Positions 23,566-35,229 of a DNA stretch of 64,000 nucleotides are shown piece after piece. How positions within the stretch are numbered: position 1 is the first letter of the stretch; every line of letters begins with the position of its first letter. The stretch is taken from NCBI RefSeq assembly GCF_018350175.1, contig NC_058368.1, forward strand, positions 1,674,001-1,738,000. The letters run 5' to 3'. The position numbers and the translations under genes were made by a program. The notes beneath the pieces were generated by a model. The model did no database searches and had not been told where the DNA came from. It worked only from the letters and a program-made list of their open reading frames with translations. Origin of the DNA: Felis catus. Its lineage: Eukaryota.

Positions 23566-25350
23566 GTATCAGTTTCTGTTGCTCTGGAATAATCTGCCCC
23601 AAAACGTAGTGGCTAAAATAACTGTGTATTTCCTCACATTCTACCTGAACAGGCTGGGCTCACTTGGGTGGTCGTTCTGCTGATCTGGCCCGGGGTCACA
23701 CATCCTGCTGCCATCATCTGAAGTTTGACTGAGGCAGCATGGTCCAAATGCTTCCCTCACATGTGAGACTTAGCTGAGCCGTTGACCGGTATCTCGTTCC
23801 TCCACCTCCTCCTCCAGCAGGGGAGCCCAGCCTTCTTACGTGAGGCAGGGTCCACGAGAGGAGACCCCCGTGCACTCAGGTGGTTACCAGGCTCCTGTGT
23901 GTGTTGAATTTGTTGTTATCTTACTGGGCAAAACCAACACGGGAGAGAACCATTCAAGGGCCTGAATACTGGGAGGTGTGACCCTTTGGGGCCACTATTT
24001 TAATGATCTGTCACTGCCTGCATTCAGTGTATCCTTTCCATATGCAAAATGTACTTAGCCCTCCAGGGACTCTCATAGTCTCACCTGTCACAGCATCAGG
24101 CCCAAGAGCCATCGTCTGCTTGGGGCCTAGATAGAGGTGGGCTTTCTCAGGTGCAGGTCCTCTTGACCCAAAGGTCTGTGAACAGGAAAACACACCGTGT
24201 CTCCCATACACTTCACATCCTCCGATGAGATAAGAGTAGGGTCACTGTAATAGATACTCTTGTTCCAAAGGGGTGAGATGGAGGCACCTCGCACCCACTA
24301 GTCCTTAGTGGGTCAGACATCTAGCTAAGCACATGTGGTCCACGCCCCCGAAAGTGAGGAAGGGGACGTTCCTTAGGTAGGGCTCAGCTCTGATCCCTGG
24401 GAGTGGTGCCCTAATCCTTTGGTCTCTTGTGGCTCTTGGCTGTGCATTCTGGGAACACTTCTTTTACAGAAAAAATAACCTGTATTTGCAGCTGATTAAC
24501 TTTCTTAGCCTGCTTTCTGCCCAGAAAAATTGGGGACCCGGAGGCTGTCTTTCATTTTGGACGGTCTGTCCCTTTAATCCAAGCTGGCAATGCTTAAACT
24601 GGTACAACTCCCTTAAAGACTTGGCAGGTTTCCTATAAATCTCATTTGGGGTGCCCACATGCCCCAAGAGCTGCATCCACAGTGGTTTTCAAGGCAGACA
24701 GACCCCTTTCCGCTTAGGTGCATGAGGCTGCTGTGGCGCAGAGCCCAAAGATATTTGGAAGCTTTTTTCTACCTTAAAGAGGAGTGCCTCCTTTGCCAGG
24801 CACTACCTTAAATCTTCCTGAGATGTTTCCAAAGGGCATTACAGCCACACCCTTGATCTGATCTCTGCCCTGCAACCAGTTCTTACTCTGAGACTTGCTG
24901 CTCAGAGAAACTAGGGACATGAAATAATTTTATTTTCCGGCCCAACACGTCCTTGTTTTTCTATATTTCTGCCAAACTCTAGTTGGAAAATCTGAAGTTT
25001 TCTCTTAAGCTCCTCTCTCACTGTACCTTATCAGACCCAATAAAAGTAAATTAATTGGCACTTTTAACCTCCTGCCCAGAAATCTCCTTGGCCACACGCA
25101 CATATTTACTGAGTACACGTTCTGTCTTCCAAGTCAGTGTAGATGGCAGTTTTCCCAGTTTTATGACTGCAAAACATGACTTGCCCTTTATCTAGCCTCT
25201 GATAGCAATTCCTTACTCCTTCTCCATCCTCCACTACTATGGTTCTAGTGCTTTCCAGATTTTGCCTGCTGCCTAGTCCAAAAGACAAGGTTTTTTATGT
25301 TTTGAGTTTTTTATGACAGTAGCACCCCACTTTTAAGTATCAATTTTTAT
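23566..25350 (-). mobile_element. MaLR element: MLT1-type LTR (about 23566-24015) plus MLT-int internal sequence
   Basis: LTR end tgtatcagtttctgttgct..ccccaaaacgtagtggctaaaa. The internal region ends in agcaccccacttttaagtatcaattt, as in MaLR-int 5' ends. Confidence 0.65.
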
Positions 25351-25359
25351 ATCAAACTT

Positions 25360-25850
25360 CAGAGTCCACACAAATACATGAATATTCATAACAGCATTAT
25401 TCATAATAAATGAAAGTGGGCGGGCACAATCCAGGTGTCCATCAACAGTGAATGGATAAACAAAATGTGGCCTATCCATACAATGGGATATTATTCAGCG
25501 ATGAACAGGAATGAAATACTGGTGCGTAGTACAACGTGGATGAACTTTGAAAACATTTTGCTAAGCAAAGAAGCCAGACAAAAAAGCCGCATGTTATACG
25601 GTTGTGTTTATTATGAAATGTCCAGAATAAACACATCCATGGAGGTGGAAACCAGATTAGTGGCTGTCAGGGGCCAGAGCAGGTGGGAGAATGGGGAGTG
25701 ACTGCTAATGGGTACAGGATATTTTGGGGGGGGTGATAAAAATGTTGTAGAAATGGATGTTGGTGATGGTGGTACAATTTTTTGAATGTGTAAATGCCTC
25801 AAAAATGTACATTTATCTGACCTGTGAATTGTATCTCAGTGTTTTGAAAG
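25360..25850 (+). mobile_element. Old L1 3' end (L1MB/ME-like)
   Basis: ORF 25435 has SINSEWINKMWPIHTMGYYSAMNRNEIL, followed by an L1M 3' UTR. Confidence 0.8.
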
Positions 25851-25854
25851 TTCA

Positions 25855-26380
25855 TTCGGGGAAGCAGTCACTGTGAGTATCATGGGAGAAGGGATGTGGG
25901 AGCTAGAATTTACCCAGTGGTGGGGGAGCTGTGGGTGAAGGTGCAGAAGGGGGGTCAGGGGCCTGAGAAGGGATCAGCAGTCAGTGTGTGAGTGGTCCAG
26001 CGTGTCCAGCAGCCACATGAAGGGGGAGTTCTTGGAGAGACCTTTGGGAAGCAGTTGCTTCTGCACAACTGCCTCCTCCGTGGGTCCGGAGCCAAGCCCC
26101 ATCGGGGATCGGGGTCACTGTGCTCAGCAGGGACAGCACAGTTGGGAGGCAGAACCAGATGTGGAGTCAAAATGAGTGAGGGCAGGCTGGAACCCACAGG
26201 CGTTTCTGCATCAGTCCTGCAACTGATGACCAGAAAAAGACCTTCAGAGAGCAAAAGCTGCTGCTTCGTGTCTGCGTCCCGCATGCCCTACAAGTTCCTT
26301 TCAGCCGACTGTGGACAAGAACCATGCAGGGAAGGGGATTCTGGGAAATCTGGTTCCTGGCTTAAGCAAGCCGGCACAGA
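25855..26380 (-). mobile_element. Probable old ERVL-type LTR
   Basis: Motif gggaaggggattctgggaaatctggttcc and terminal ...ggcaca, recalled from LTR33/LTR41-like families. Confidence 0.4.
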
Positions 26381-26615
26381 TGCTTCACTATTTAAGGGTT
26401 GAGAGGTCTGTGTCGCTTAAGTGAGTGATGTTAAGGTCCTTTGGCGGAAGAGACAGACCTAGAGACTTGCTAGAAATGCCAGACCTAGTAGGTGACGCAA
26501 CCAATTGGATGGAAGGACGGGAAGATAGTGGTGCCTGTGTAGCCAGCTCGGGGCTTCAGGTGTGCACAGTACTGCAGCTGTGACGTGAAATCCGGGTGTT
26601 CAGAATGGAGCCACT

Positions 26616-26820
26616 TGGGGCGGCTGGGTGGCCCAGTCTGTTGACCGCCTGACTCTTGATTTTGATTCAGGTCATGATCCCAGAGTGGTGGAATCGAGCC
26701 CTGCATTGGGCTCTGCCCTGAGTGTGGAGCCTGCTTAAGATTCTCTGCCTCCTGCCCCCTCCTCATCCTGTACTCACTCTCTCTCTAAAGCTAAAAACAA
26801 ATAGACAAAAAAACCATTAA
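26616..26820 (+). mobile_element. Can-SINE
   Basis: Typical body. TSD aatggagccactt. Confidence 0.88.
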
Positions 26821-27082
26821 TAAAATGGAGCCACTTACATGTAGTGTTGTTATTCAAACCATGAGACTGTGAAGTCAGTCATTTGAAACTTGGGTAGTTG
26901 AAAGAACATGATGATTAAAAATCTTGTAGAAAAAGTCTATCAAGATCAAGATATATAAAATATTTCTGTTTATCGTATTTGTAATCTCAGAAAATCTGTT
27001 TATCATGTCTGTAGCCCAGAACAGTCAGTAGAGATATTTGACGAATCCCGAATAATTTGTGTGTGTTTTGTACTTTGTTTAG

Positions 27083-27269
27083 GAAAATGAATTTGCACAA
27101 GCCAGTAGCTATGCAGATTTAGCTGTGAACTCTGATAGATATAATCCCTCAGCTCTGACTAACAAAGGGAATACAGTTTTTGCAAACGGTGATTATGAGA
27201 AGGCAGCTGAATTCTACAAAGAGGCTCTAAGAAATGATTCTTCTTGTACTGAAGCACTTTATAATATTG
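27083..27269 (+). CDS. IFT88: IFT88 coding exon C, 187 bp: ENEFAQASSYADLAVNSDRYNPSALTNKGNTVFANGDYEKAAEFYKEALRNDSSCTEALYNI(G)
   Basis: Acceptor tgtttag and donor gtaagt. TPR-repeat sequence matching IFT88. Phase 0 to phase 1. Confidence 0.97.
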
Positions 27270-28454
27270 GTAAGTAAACTAGGCAGAATTGCTTTGTTTT
27301 TCTCCTTTACAATTTTTTTCTTTCTTTTCTTATTTTAAATTGACTTACAGAGCTCCAGTTCATTAGTGGAGGAGACTGACTGACTTCCCAAATTCCTACT
27401 AATACTGAATATTCAGCTTTTGCCAAACTGATAGGTGGGAAAACAAACAAACAAACAAACAAACACATTTTCTTTATGAGCAGTTTCAAACACAAAAATT
27501 GGACAGAAAAATACCCATGTCCCTTACCAACTGTATTTAACACACTTCAACATTTTGTCATATTTACATCAGGTTTGGTTTTTAGCGAACGAAACGTTGT
27601 AAGACCTGAAGGCGCATCTTATTCCCTTCCTTGCCTGTCAGGGTCCCCTGAAACGGGTGTCATTCCTTCCTGTTCTTGCGTTTGCAGTGCGACAAACACA
27701 TGTTGATACAATACTGCTTCTTATCTCTTGGGTTATTAATGAAGTTTCTTTTGAGGTTTTCTTCTCCCTGCATTGCTGTGTTTTGCTGTTTTTGGCTTGC
27801 TTGTTTGTTTTACCTTCTATGTTTTGTGTCGTAAACTTTCCTCAGATGTCTGATGATCCTGGCCTGTCTTCTCACATTTAGGAGTTTGCAGCTAAAGCTG
27901 AGCGGGATCTCTGAGGCCACAAGGGAGACTGATGTGCTGGCACGCTGCCACGGGGCCATCTGCCTGATCTGCGTAGTTGGGGAATTGCCCGCTAGTCAAT
28001 TGATCCAATTGGATCCTTCCTCCCGGAGAGGAGTCTTTAATCTCCTGCCAGATGCAAAAGGAAGACCTGGCTGGGTGGGGAGGAATTAGCCATTTTAGAT
28101 GAAGTCAAGGAGAGTTTAAAGTCATGTTGGAGCAAGGGAGGGTGGGACCATTCGGGTATCAGGGAAAGAGCAGAGGGAAGTGAATAGCAGAGGCCTTAAT
28201 GCAGGAGATTTCTTGCCTAGATATTGATTTATTTATTCTCTTTATAAGTTTTAAGTACTTTTCCTAGTCTGTTGCTTAGCTTTTAATTGGTCATTTGTTT
28301 TGTCAAACAGGTTTTCTAATTTTATAGAGTCAAATTTGGCTTTTGGAAAGTTTGTGGCTTCATTTATTTATTGCTTTACAAAGCCCTTCCCTACCCCAAG
28401 ATTATAAAATCATTTTCCTATATTTTCTTTTCATACATTTACATCTTTGTTTTT

Positions 28455-28653
28455 TTCTATTTAGTTTTTTTTAATTATAAATTTATTGTCAAATTGGTTT
28501 CCGTACAACACCCAATGCTCATCCCAACAGGTGCCCTCCTTAATACCCATCACCCACCCTCCCCCCCTCCCAGCCCCCATCAACCCTCAGTTTGTTCTCA
28601 GTTTTTAGGAGTCTCTTATGTTTTGGCTCCCGCCCTCTCTAACCATTTTTTTT
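28455..28653 (-). mobile_element. Short feline-type L1 3' UTR fragment
   Basis: L1 3' UTR motifs caaccctcagtttgttctc and gagtctcttatg. Flanked by the TSD-like repeat ttctatttagtttt. Confidence 0.8.
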
Positions 28654-28734
28654 TTCTTCTATTTAGTTTTAAAGTAAGTTTTGGGTGTATTCAAAACAGG
28701 AATACATTCAAAATAGGAATCTACATGTGTTTTT

Positions 28735-28944
28735 TTAGTTTTATTTATTTTTTTTGGGGGGGGACAGAGAGAGACAGATCATGAACAGGGGAGGGGCAGA
28801 GAGAGAGGGAGACACAGAATTGAAACAGGGTCCAGGCTCTGAACCATCAGCCCAGAGCCCGACGCGGGGCTCAAACTCACGGACCGCGAGATCGTGACCT
28901 GGCTGAAGTCGGACGCTTAACCAACTGCGCCACCCAGGCGCCCC
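28735..28944 (-). mobile_element. Young SINEC_Fc-type SINE
   Basis: Diagnostic young head. TSD ggaatctacatgt. Confidence 0.93.
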
Positions 28945-29318
28945 GGAATCTACATGTTTTAATTCACGTGTAGTCGGTTGTCCTGGCTCCATTTCTTACT
29001 AGTCCCTTAGTCCCCGTTAAGTTTCAATGCCCATTAATTCTGTAACTGAGTCAGTTTCTGAACTGTGCATTCTGCTAGTCTGTCTACTCCTGTTTCCCTG
29101 CCTCACCTTAAAATCACGATAGTGCTCTAGTATGTTTTGGTATCTGCCCAACAATAGTGGAAAAGCCCCTCCCCTGCCTTGTTCTTTTTCAAAAAAATTC
29201 CCATTCATCTCTCTCTTCTGGATGAATATTTACGTATATTTAAAAATTTATCCTGTGACTTTGAGAAAATTACTTACCAGTAAAAATGCTTATAGCTTTT
29301 CTTTTTCTTCTTTTTAAG

Positions 29319-29427
29319 GCCTTACCTATAAGAGGCTAAACCGGCTTGATGAAGCTTTGGACTGTTTCCTGAAACTTCATGCAATCCTAAGAAACAGTGC
29401 CCAAGTTCTTTACCAGATAGCAAATGT
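29319..29427 (+). CDS. IFT88: IFT88 coding exon D, 109 bp: (G)LTYKRLNRLDEALDCFLKLHAILRNSAQVLYQIAN(V)
   Basis: Long pyrimidine tract plus aag acceptor. Frame continuity with exon E requires the donor GTATCTTAT at 29428. Matches IFT88 RLDEALDCFLKLHAILRNSA. Confidence 0.94.
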
Positions 29428-29639
29428 GTATCTTATGTGAAAAACTTGAGGACAGTTGTTAATTCACTCAATTGGTGATTGAGTACCAGTCGTTAAATAA
29501 CCTTAGCCAATGAGGTAATTGATGAGGATAATATTTTAAATCCTATCACATTAATATGTGATAAAAATATTATTTGAGTGATACAGCTTTATTTTTTAAT
29601 TTTAATTCCAGTATTTTACATTTTTATAAAATGTGTATC

Positions 29640-29910
29640 TTTTTAAATTTTAATTCTATTGTATATAATATAATATAATATAATATAATATAATATAATA
29701 TAATATAATATAATATAATATAATTACACTAGTGTTATATTAGTTTCAGGTGTACAATATAGTGATTCAACAACTCTATGCATTACTCAGTGCTCATCGT
29801 GATGAGTATACTCTAATCCCTATCACCTGTTTTACCCATCTCCCCGCCCCCATCTTCTCTCTGGTAACCCTCAGTTTGTTGTCAATAGTTAAGAGTATGT
29901 TTTTTGGTTG
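29640..29910 (-). mobile_element. Carnivore L1 3' UTR fragment containing an (ATAAT)n microsatellite
   Basis: Motifs gtgttatattagtttcaggtgtacaatatagtgattcaac and ctggtaaccctcagtttgtt. Confidence 0.75.
29666..29724. repeat. (ATAAT)n pentanucleotide microsatellite
   Basis: About 11-12 perfect units. Confidence 0.95.
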
Positions 29911-30629
29911 ATCCTGTTTTAAAAGATCATTTGCATTATAAAAGAAATTATTAAAAGGTTAACACTATTATGTCTTAATTTGGGGGGGAAATAATTGAAA
30001 TAGCAATTGAGCACAGATGTTTAGTACACATAAGCTATTCATTGACTGTAGGTTAGATTGTATTAACTCTGAGTCTTGTAGGGTATTTTTGAAGCAGTAA
30101 CTTACTGTTTAAAAGGAAAATATTATTTATTACTGATTAGTACTGCTGATTGAGTTTGGTTAATTTATCTTCATTATTTTAGCTGACATATAGGCTTAAT
30201 GAGTATAACTCTCCAAAGGCCTTTACCCTACAAAATTAGCCAGTAGTTTATATGAATTCACTCACTTACTCCGTTCATTCAGTAGTCACTTATTGACTGT
30301 GTGCTGTGCCACAGTCACAGTATTATGTTTAGAACTCTGTGCCAGTATTATGTTTAGAACTCTGGGGAATGTGGAAAAGTAAAACATTCCTCCCTGGTCA
30401 GTTTCTTCTACAACTCCTGGCTCTCTTTAGTTTGTTTGTTTTCTTTTTTCCCTCCTGCCTTTGGTTAGAAAAGCAGAAATTTGTTAATGTTTTTAATGCC
30501 TTTGAAACTATTTGAAAAACAATTTAATTTCTCTCCTTATTTTAAAAATAATCTTTCAAAACAACATTTGGGAAGAGTTAAAATCTTATGTAGGTTTTTA
30601 AGTTACCATTATCTTGATACAAGTTAGTT

Positions 30630-30833
30630 TCTTTTTTTTAAATGTTTATTTATTTTTTGAGAGAGAGAGAGCATGAGCAGGGAAGGGGAAGAGAAAGATG
30701 GGGACAGAAGATTCAAAGCAGGCTGGGCGCTGACAGAAGCAAGCCCGATGTGGGGCTTGAACTCACAAGTGGTGAGATCATGACTGGAGTTAAAGTCAGA
30801 GACACTCAACTGACTGAACCACCCAGGCACCCC
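30630..30833 (-). mobile_element. Can-SINE
   Basis: Typical antisense body and T-rich tail. Confidence 0.88.
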
Positions 30834-31750
30834 TCTTGATATAACTTTTATACAGAGGTTAGGGAAAAGTATGTTATGACATATACCATTAATAATTTTA
30901 AGTACTATGTACTCTACTTTTGTTAGAGAGCATAAAACATTTTTTAATAAAAAAGCTATTTTTAGAGCAGAGGATTTCATGCTCATTCCTTTTAGCCTCT
31001 TTGTTTTGTCCACTTAATCTGTCTGAAATTGCCACCGTCATGATCTGATACTTCCCAGTTCCTGATCAGCTTGGATTCAGTTAAGCAATTGATAATTTTA
31101 AGGCTGTTTCAATCGTTTTCTTATTTTTATATTTCTTTTATGGTATCACATTTGTCATCATTGAAAACAGAAGCTTCTTTCTCAATAAAACTTTAGATTG
31201 GAATATGTTCATTTCATTGAGACATTTAATGTAAAAATAAATAGTAGTCAATAAGTATTGCTGTGAATAAATTATTTGAGTGTATACAAAGGATTTACTA
31301 GGCACTTGCTACAAAAAAAGAATACCCTATTTTGGGCTTTTAATGTAATTGGGGAAAACTCAAAGGAAAATACATGGAAACTCTTCCCTTAACATGTTCG
31401 ACATATTAAGAGAAGTAGAATTGAACACAACTTTCAGGCATTTCTATTAAGGACAAATTTTGGACAGTGCTTCGAATAAAAGAGCAAACTGTTAATTCTA
31501 CTAGAAATTTGGGAGTTGATCTTAGTGGATACTAATGAAGCAAAAGGAAAAGCAAGGTATATATGGAGCATGAGTGTTACTTACAGTGCCCCATTTTCAT
31601 CCCCATCCCTGAAGAAATTCAGAATAAACAGTATTCAGTAGCACATTACTATAGGCTAAGAAATATTTTCATTGTAATGTTGTATTTAGGTTTGCTTATT
31701 TATTAATGAATTTGGAAAAATTGTGTTATGCTTAACTAAAACTTTCCAAG

Positions 31751-31901
31751 ATATGAATTAATGGAAGATCCCAATCAAGCTATTGAATGGTTAATGCAAC
31801 TGATCAGTGTTGTTCCAACTGATTCTAGAGCTCTGTCTAAACTAGGAGAATTATATGATAGTGAAGGAGATAAATCCCAAGCATTTCAGTACTACTATGA
31901 G
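31751..31901 (+). CDS. IFT88: IFT88 coding exon E, 151 bp: YELMEDPNQAIEWLMQLISVVPTDSRALSKLGELYDSEGDKSQAFQYYYE
   Basis: Overlaps ORF 31761..31955. Acceptor ccaag and donor gtaagt. Matches IFT88 LSKLGELYD..GDKSQAFQYYYE. Confidence 0.97.
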
Positions 31902-32423
31902 GTAAGTATAATTTTATTTTCCTTTTACTTTTTAGCCTTTTATATATTGTTATAAAGCATTCAGCAGAAAAGAAAACAACAGTCAGCAGACCGTTTAGTT
32001 TTTAAAATTTAGAAATGCTTACTGGTTTTTAAATGAATGATGATTTAAAATAAAATAAAGCATTTGTGGAATATAAAATTTTTTAATAATTTTAATGCAA
32101 AATTAAATTAAAATCACATTCATTTTTCCCTTGAAGCATGATTTTGATCCTTTTTAAAATTCTATTACTTATTTAATTTGATTCAGATCATCTATCAGTA
32201 CATCGAAAAGCTATTTATAGGTAATTTAAAAATGTACATCAAACATTAAGTGTTCTAAATCTTGTAGTTTCAAAACATAAAGTGCTTATGACCTTATGAC
32301 AGCTCATGCTTTTTTGTTAAGAAATTTCATATTGGTAAAGTAAATCCTTTCAATAGGTTAAATGTTGAGGTGTAAATTCTACGTTGCCACTGATGTTGTA
32401 TTGTCATGTCCATATTTTTCTAG

Positions 32424-32539
32424 TCATACAGGTATTTCCCCTCTAACATTGAAGTTATTGAGTGGCTTGGAGCTTATTACATTGACACCCAGTTTTGTGA
32501 AAAAGCCATTCAATACTTTGAAAGAGCTTCTCTTATACA
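32424..32539 (+). CDS. IFT88: IFT88 coding exon F, 116 bp: SYRYFPSNIEVIEWLGAYYIDTQFCEKAIQYFERASLI(Q)
   Basis: Acceptor ttttctag and donor gtaagt. Matches IFT88 NIEVIEWLGAYYIDTQF. Confidence 0.97.
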
Positions 32540-32669
32540 GTAAGTAATTATTCTGATTTCATGTTTACTTAAATGTGTTGGGATTTGATTTTATCCCTAG
32601 AATTAGAATCTGATAAACATATTACATTCATGAACAAATATTAATGAACATTCATGTATTATTTCCATT

Positions 32670-34302
32670 AAAAAATTTTTTTTTTAATGTTTATTTTTGA
32701 GGGAGAGAGAGAGGGAGAGACAGAGCATGAGCAGGGCAGGGGCAGAGAGAGAGGGAAACACAGAATCCGAAGCAGGCTCCAGGTTCTGAGCTGTCAGCAC
32801 AGAGCTTGACATGGGGCTCAAACCCATGGACCATGAGATGATGACCTGAGCCAAAGTTGGACACTTAACAAACTGAGGCACCTAGGCACCCCATTATTTC
32901 CATTTTCTTGAATGAAGTTCCATTTTATTTGGTCCTTATTGTGTTAAATATATTACCTTTTTATGCAAAAGTTTAAAAAAATACTTTCCTTGAGTTATTT
33001 TGCTCTGTGTATTTTTCTTACATTTCAACAAACAAGTATTATTTCTTTATCAATTAGAAAATCACTAACTCGGTTGTAGGACAAAGTTTCATTTCTGAAA
33101 GAGTCCTAATAGAAATAAATTGTGTTGTTTCCAATTTATAATCAATTCACATTGTATATTACAAATTAAACTTTTTTTTTTCTTTTTAGAGCATGCAACT
33201 CTTTTTTTTTTAATGTTTATTTATGTTTGAGAGAGGAAAGACAGAGCATGAGCAGAGGAGGAGCAGAGAGAGAGGGAGACACAGAATCTGAAGGAGGCTC
33301 TGAGCTGTCAGCACAGAGCCCGATGCAGGGCTTGAACCCATGAACTGCAAGATCATGACCTCAACCAACTGAGCCACCCAGACGCTCCAAATAAATAAGT
33401 GTCCAACATTGGCAGCTCAGGTCACGATCTCACAGTCTGTGGGTTCTAGCCCCACATCAGGTTCTCTGCTGTCAGCACAGAGCCCTCTTTGGATCCTCTG
33501 TCCCCCTCTCTCTCTGCCCCTACCCCACTCATGCTCTCTCTCAAACATTTTTTAAAAATAAAATACAGTTGGGGCGCCTGGGTGGCGCAGTCGGTTAAGC
33601 GTCCGACTTCAGCCAGGTCACGATCTCGCGGTCCGTGAGTTCGAGCCCCGCGTCGGGCTCTGGGCTGATGGCTCAGAGCCTGGAGCCTGTTTCCGATTCT
33701 GTGTCTCCCTCTCTCTCTGCCCCTCCCCCGTTCATGCTCTGTCTCTCTCTGTCCCAAAAATAAATAAACGTTGAAAAAAAAAAAATTTTTTAAAAAAATA
33801 AAATACAGTTTATTTATTTATTCTGAGACAGTGTGTATGAGCAGGGAAGAAGCAGAGAGAGATTTTTTTAAGTTTATTTATTTTGAACGTGCATGCATGC
33901 AAGAGAAAAAGAGGGAGAGAAGGGGAGAGACAGAATCCCAAGCAGACTGCACTGTCAGCACAGAGCCCAACACAGGGCTCGAACCCATGAACCGTGGGAT
34001 CATGACCTGAGCTGAAATTGAGAGTCGGACACTTAGCCAGCTGAGCCACCCAGCTGGTGGCCCCAAAACCTTTAAAAATTTTTTTAAATTTTTTTTTCAG
34101 CGTTTTTATTTATTTTTGGGACAGAGAGAGACAGAGCATGAACGGGGGAGGGGCAGAGAGAGAGGGAGACACAGAATCGGAAACAGGCTCCAGGCTCTGA
34201 GCCATCAGCCCAGAGCCTGACGCGGGGCTCGAACTCACGGACCGCGAGATCGTGACCTGGCTGAAGTCGGACGCTTAACCGACTGCGCCACCCAGGCGCC
34301 CC
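32670..34302. mobile_element. Dense SINE cluster: 32670-32892 (-), 33200-33388 (-), 33400-33553 (+, headless), 33571-33793 (+, young), 33810-34065 (-), 34090-34302 (-, young)
   Basis: Six recognisable Can-SINE bodies. The young copies have TSDs aaaaataaaatacagtt and taaaaatttttttaaat. Confidence 0.9.
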
Positions 34303-35026
34303 TAAAAATTTTTTTAAATAAAGTAGGAGTCAACAACTACCCACTACCACCCATTGTCTGTTTTTTATGGCCTGAGAGCTAAGACTGGTTTTATGCCTTG
34401 TTAAATGGTTTAGAAAATAAGAGTACTTGTGTCATGTGGGAAAAAAAAGAATTATGGATAAATTAAGACATTTTCAGATAAACAAAAGCTGAGGGAGCTT
34501 ATTACCAGTACACCTACCCAATGAAAAATGCTAAAGGGAGTCCTTCAGTCTGAAATGAAAAGATGCTAGACGGTAACTCCAAGACCTAAGAAAAAATTAA
34601 AGAAGATTGTAAAGGTAACTTCATAGGTAAATATAAAAGTACAACACTTTGTACTTTTGGTTTGGCTTATAACCTCTCTTTTCCCTATATGATTTAAAAG
34701 GCAAATACATAAAAGAAAGAATGCACAGAAAAGGAATGATGGGAATCAAAATAGTACACTGTAAAAAATCAACTAAATACCAATAAAGGGCAGTAATGGA
34801 GGAATTGAGGAACTAGAAACATGTAATACACAGAACAAATAGCTATATAGAAGAAACAATCATTCTATATCAGTAATAACAAATAGAAATATATTAAACT
34901 TTTCCAGTAAAAGAAAAAGATTGACAGATTGAATAAGAAAATCAGTATCCATCAGTAAACTATCTACAAGATACTGAATAAACCCACAATTAGAAGAAGA
35001 AAGGAAATTATAAAGATTGTATCAGA

Positions 35027-35198
35027 GGGGTACCTGGGTGGCTCAGTTGATTAAGCATCTGACTTCAGCTCAGGTCATGATCTCACAGTTCGTGGGTTCC
35101 GACCTCACATCAGGCTCTAGGCTGACAGTGTGGAGCCTGCCTGGGATTCTCTGTCTCTCTCTTTCTCTGCCTCTTTCCCTCTTATGTACACACACACA

Positions 35199-35229
<31 letters not shown>

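Larger units (their letters stand above)
29428..31750 (+). other. Probable U12-type (minor spliceosome) GT-AG intron of IFT88
   Basis: 5' splice site GTATCTT resembles the U12 consensus RTATCCTT. Branch-like TGCTTAAC at 31729-31736 lies about 15 nt before the AG. There is no real polypyrimidine tract. Confidence 0.75.

Noticed and set aside
29666..29724. Regular repeat as a CRISPR-like or novel array
   Set aside because: A simple spacer-less (ATAAT)n microsatellite in an L1 tail within eukaryotic DNA.
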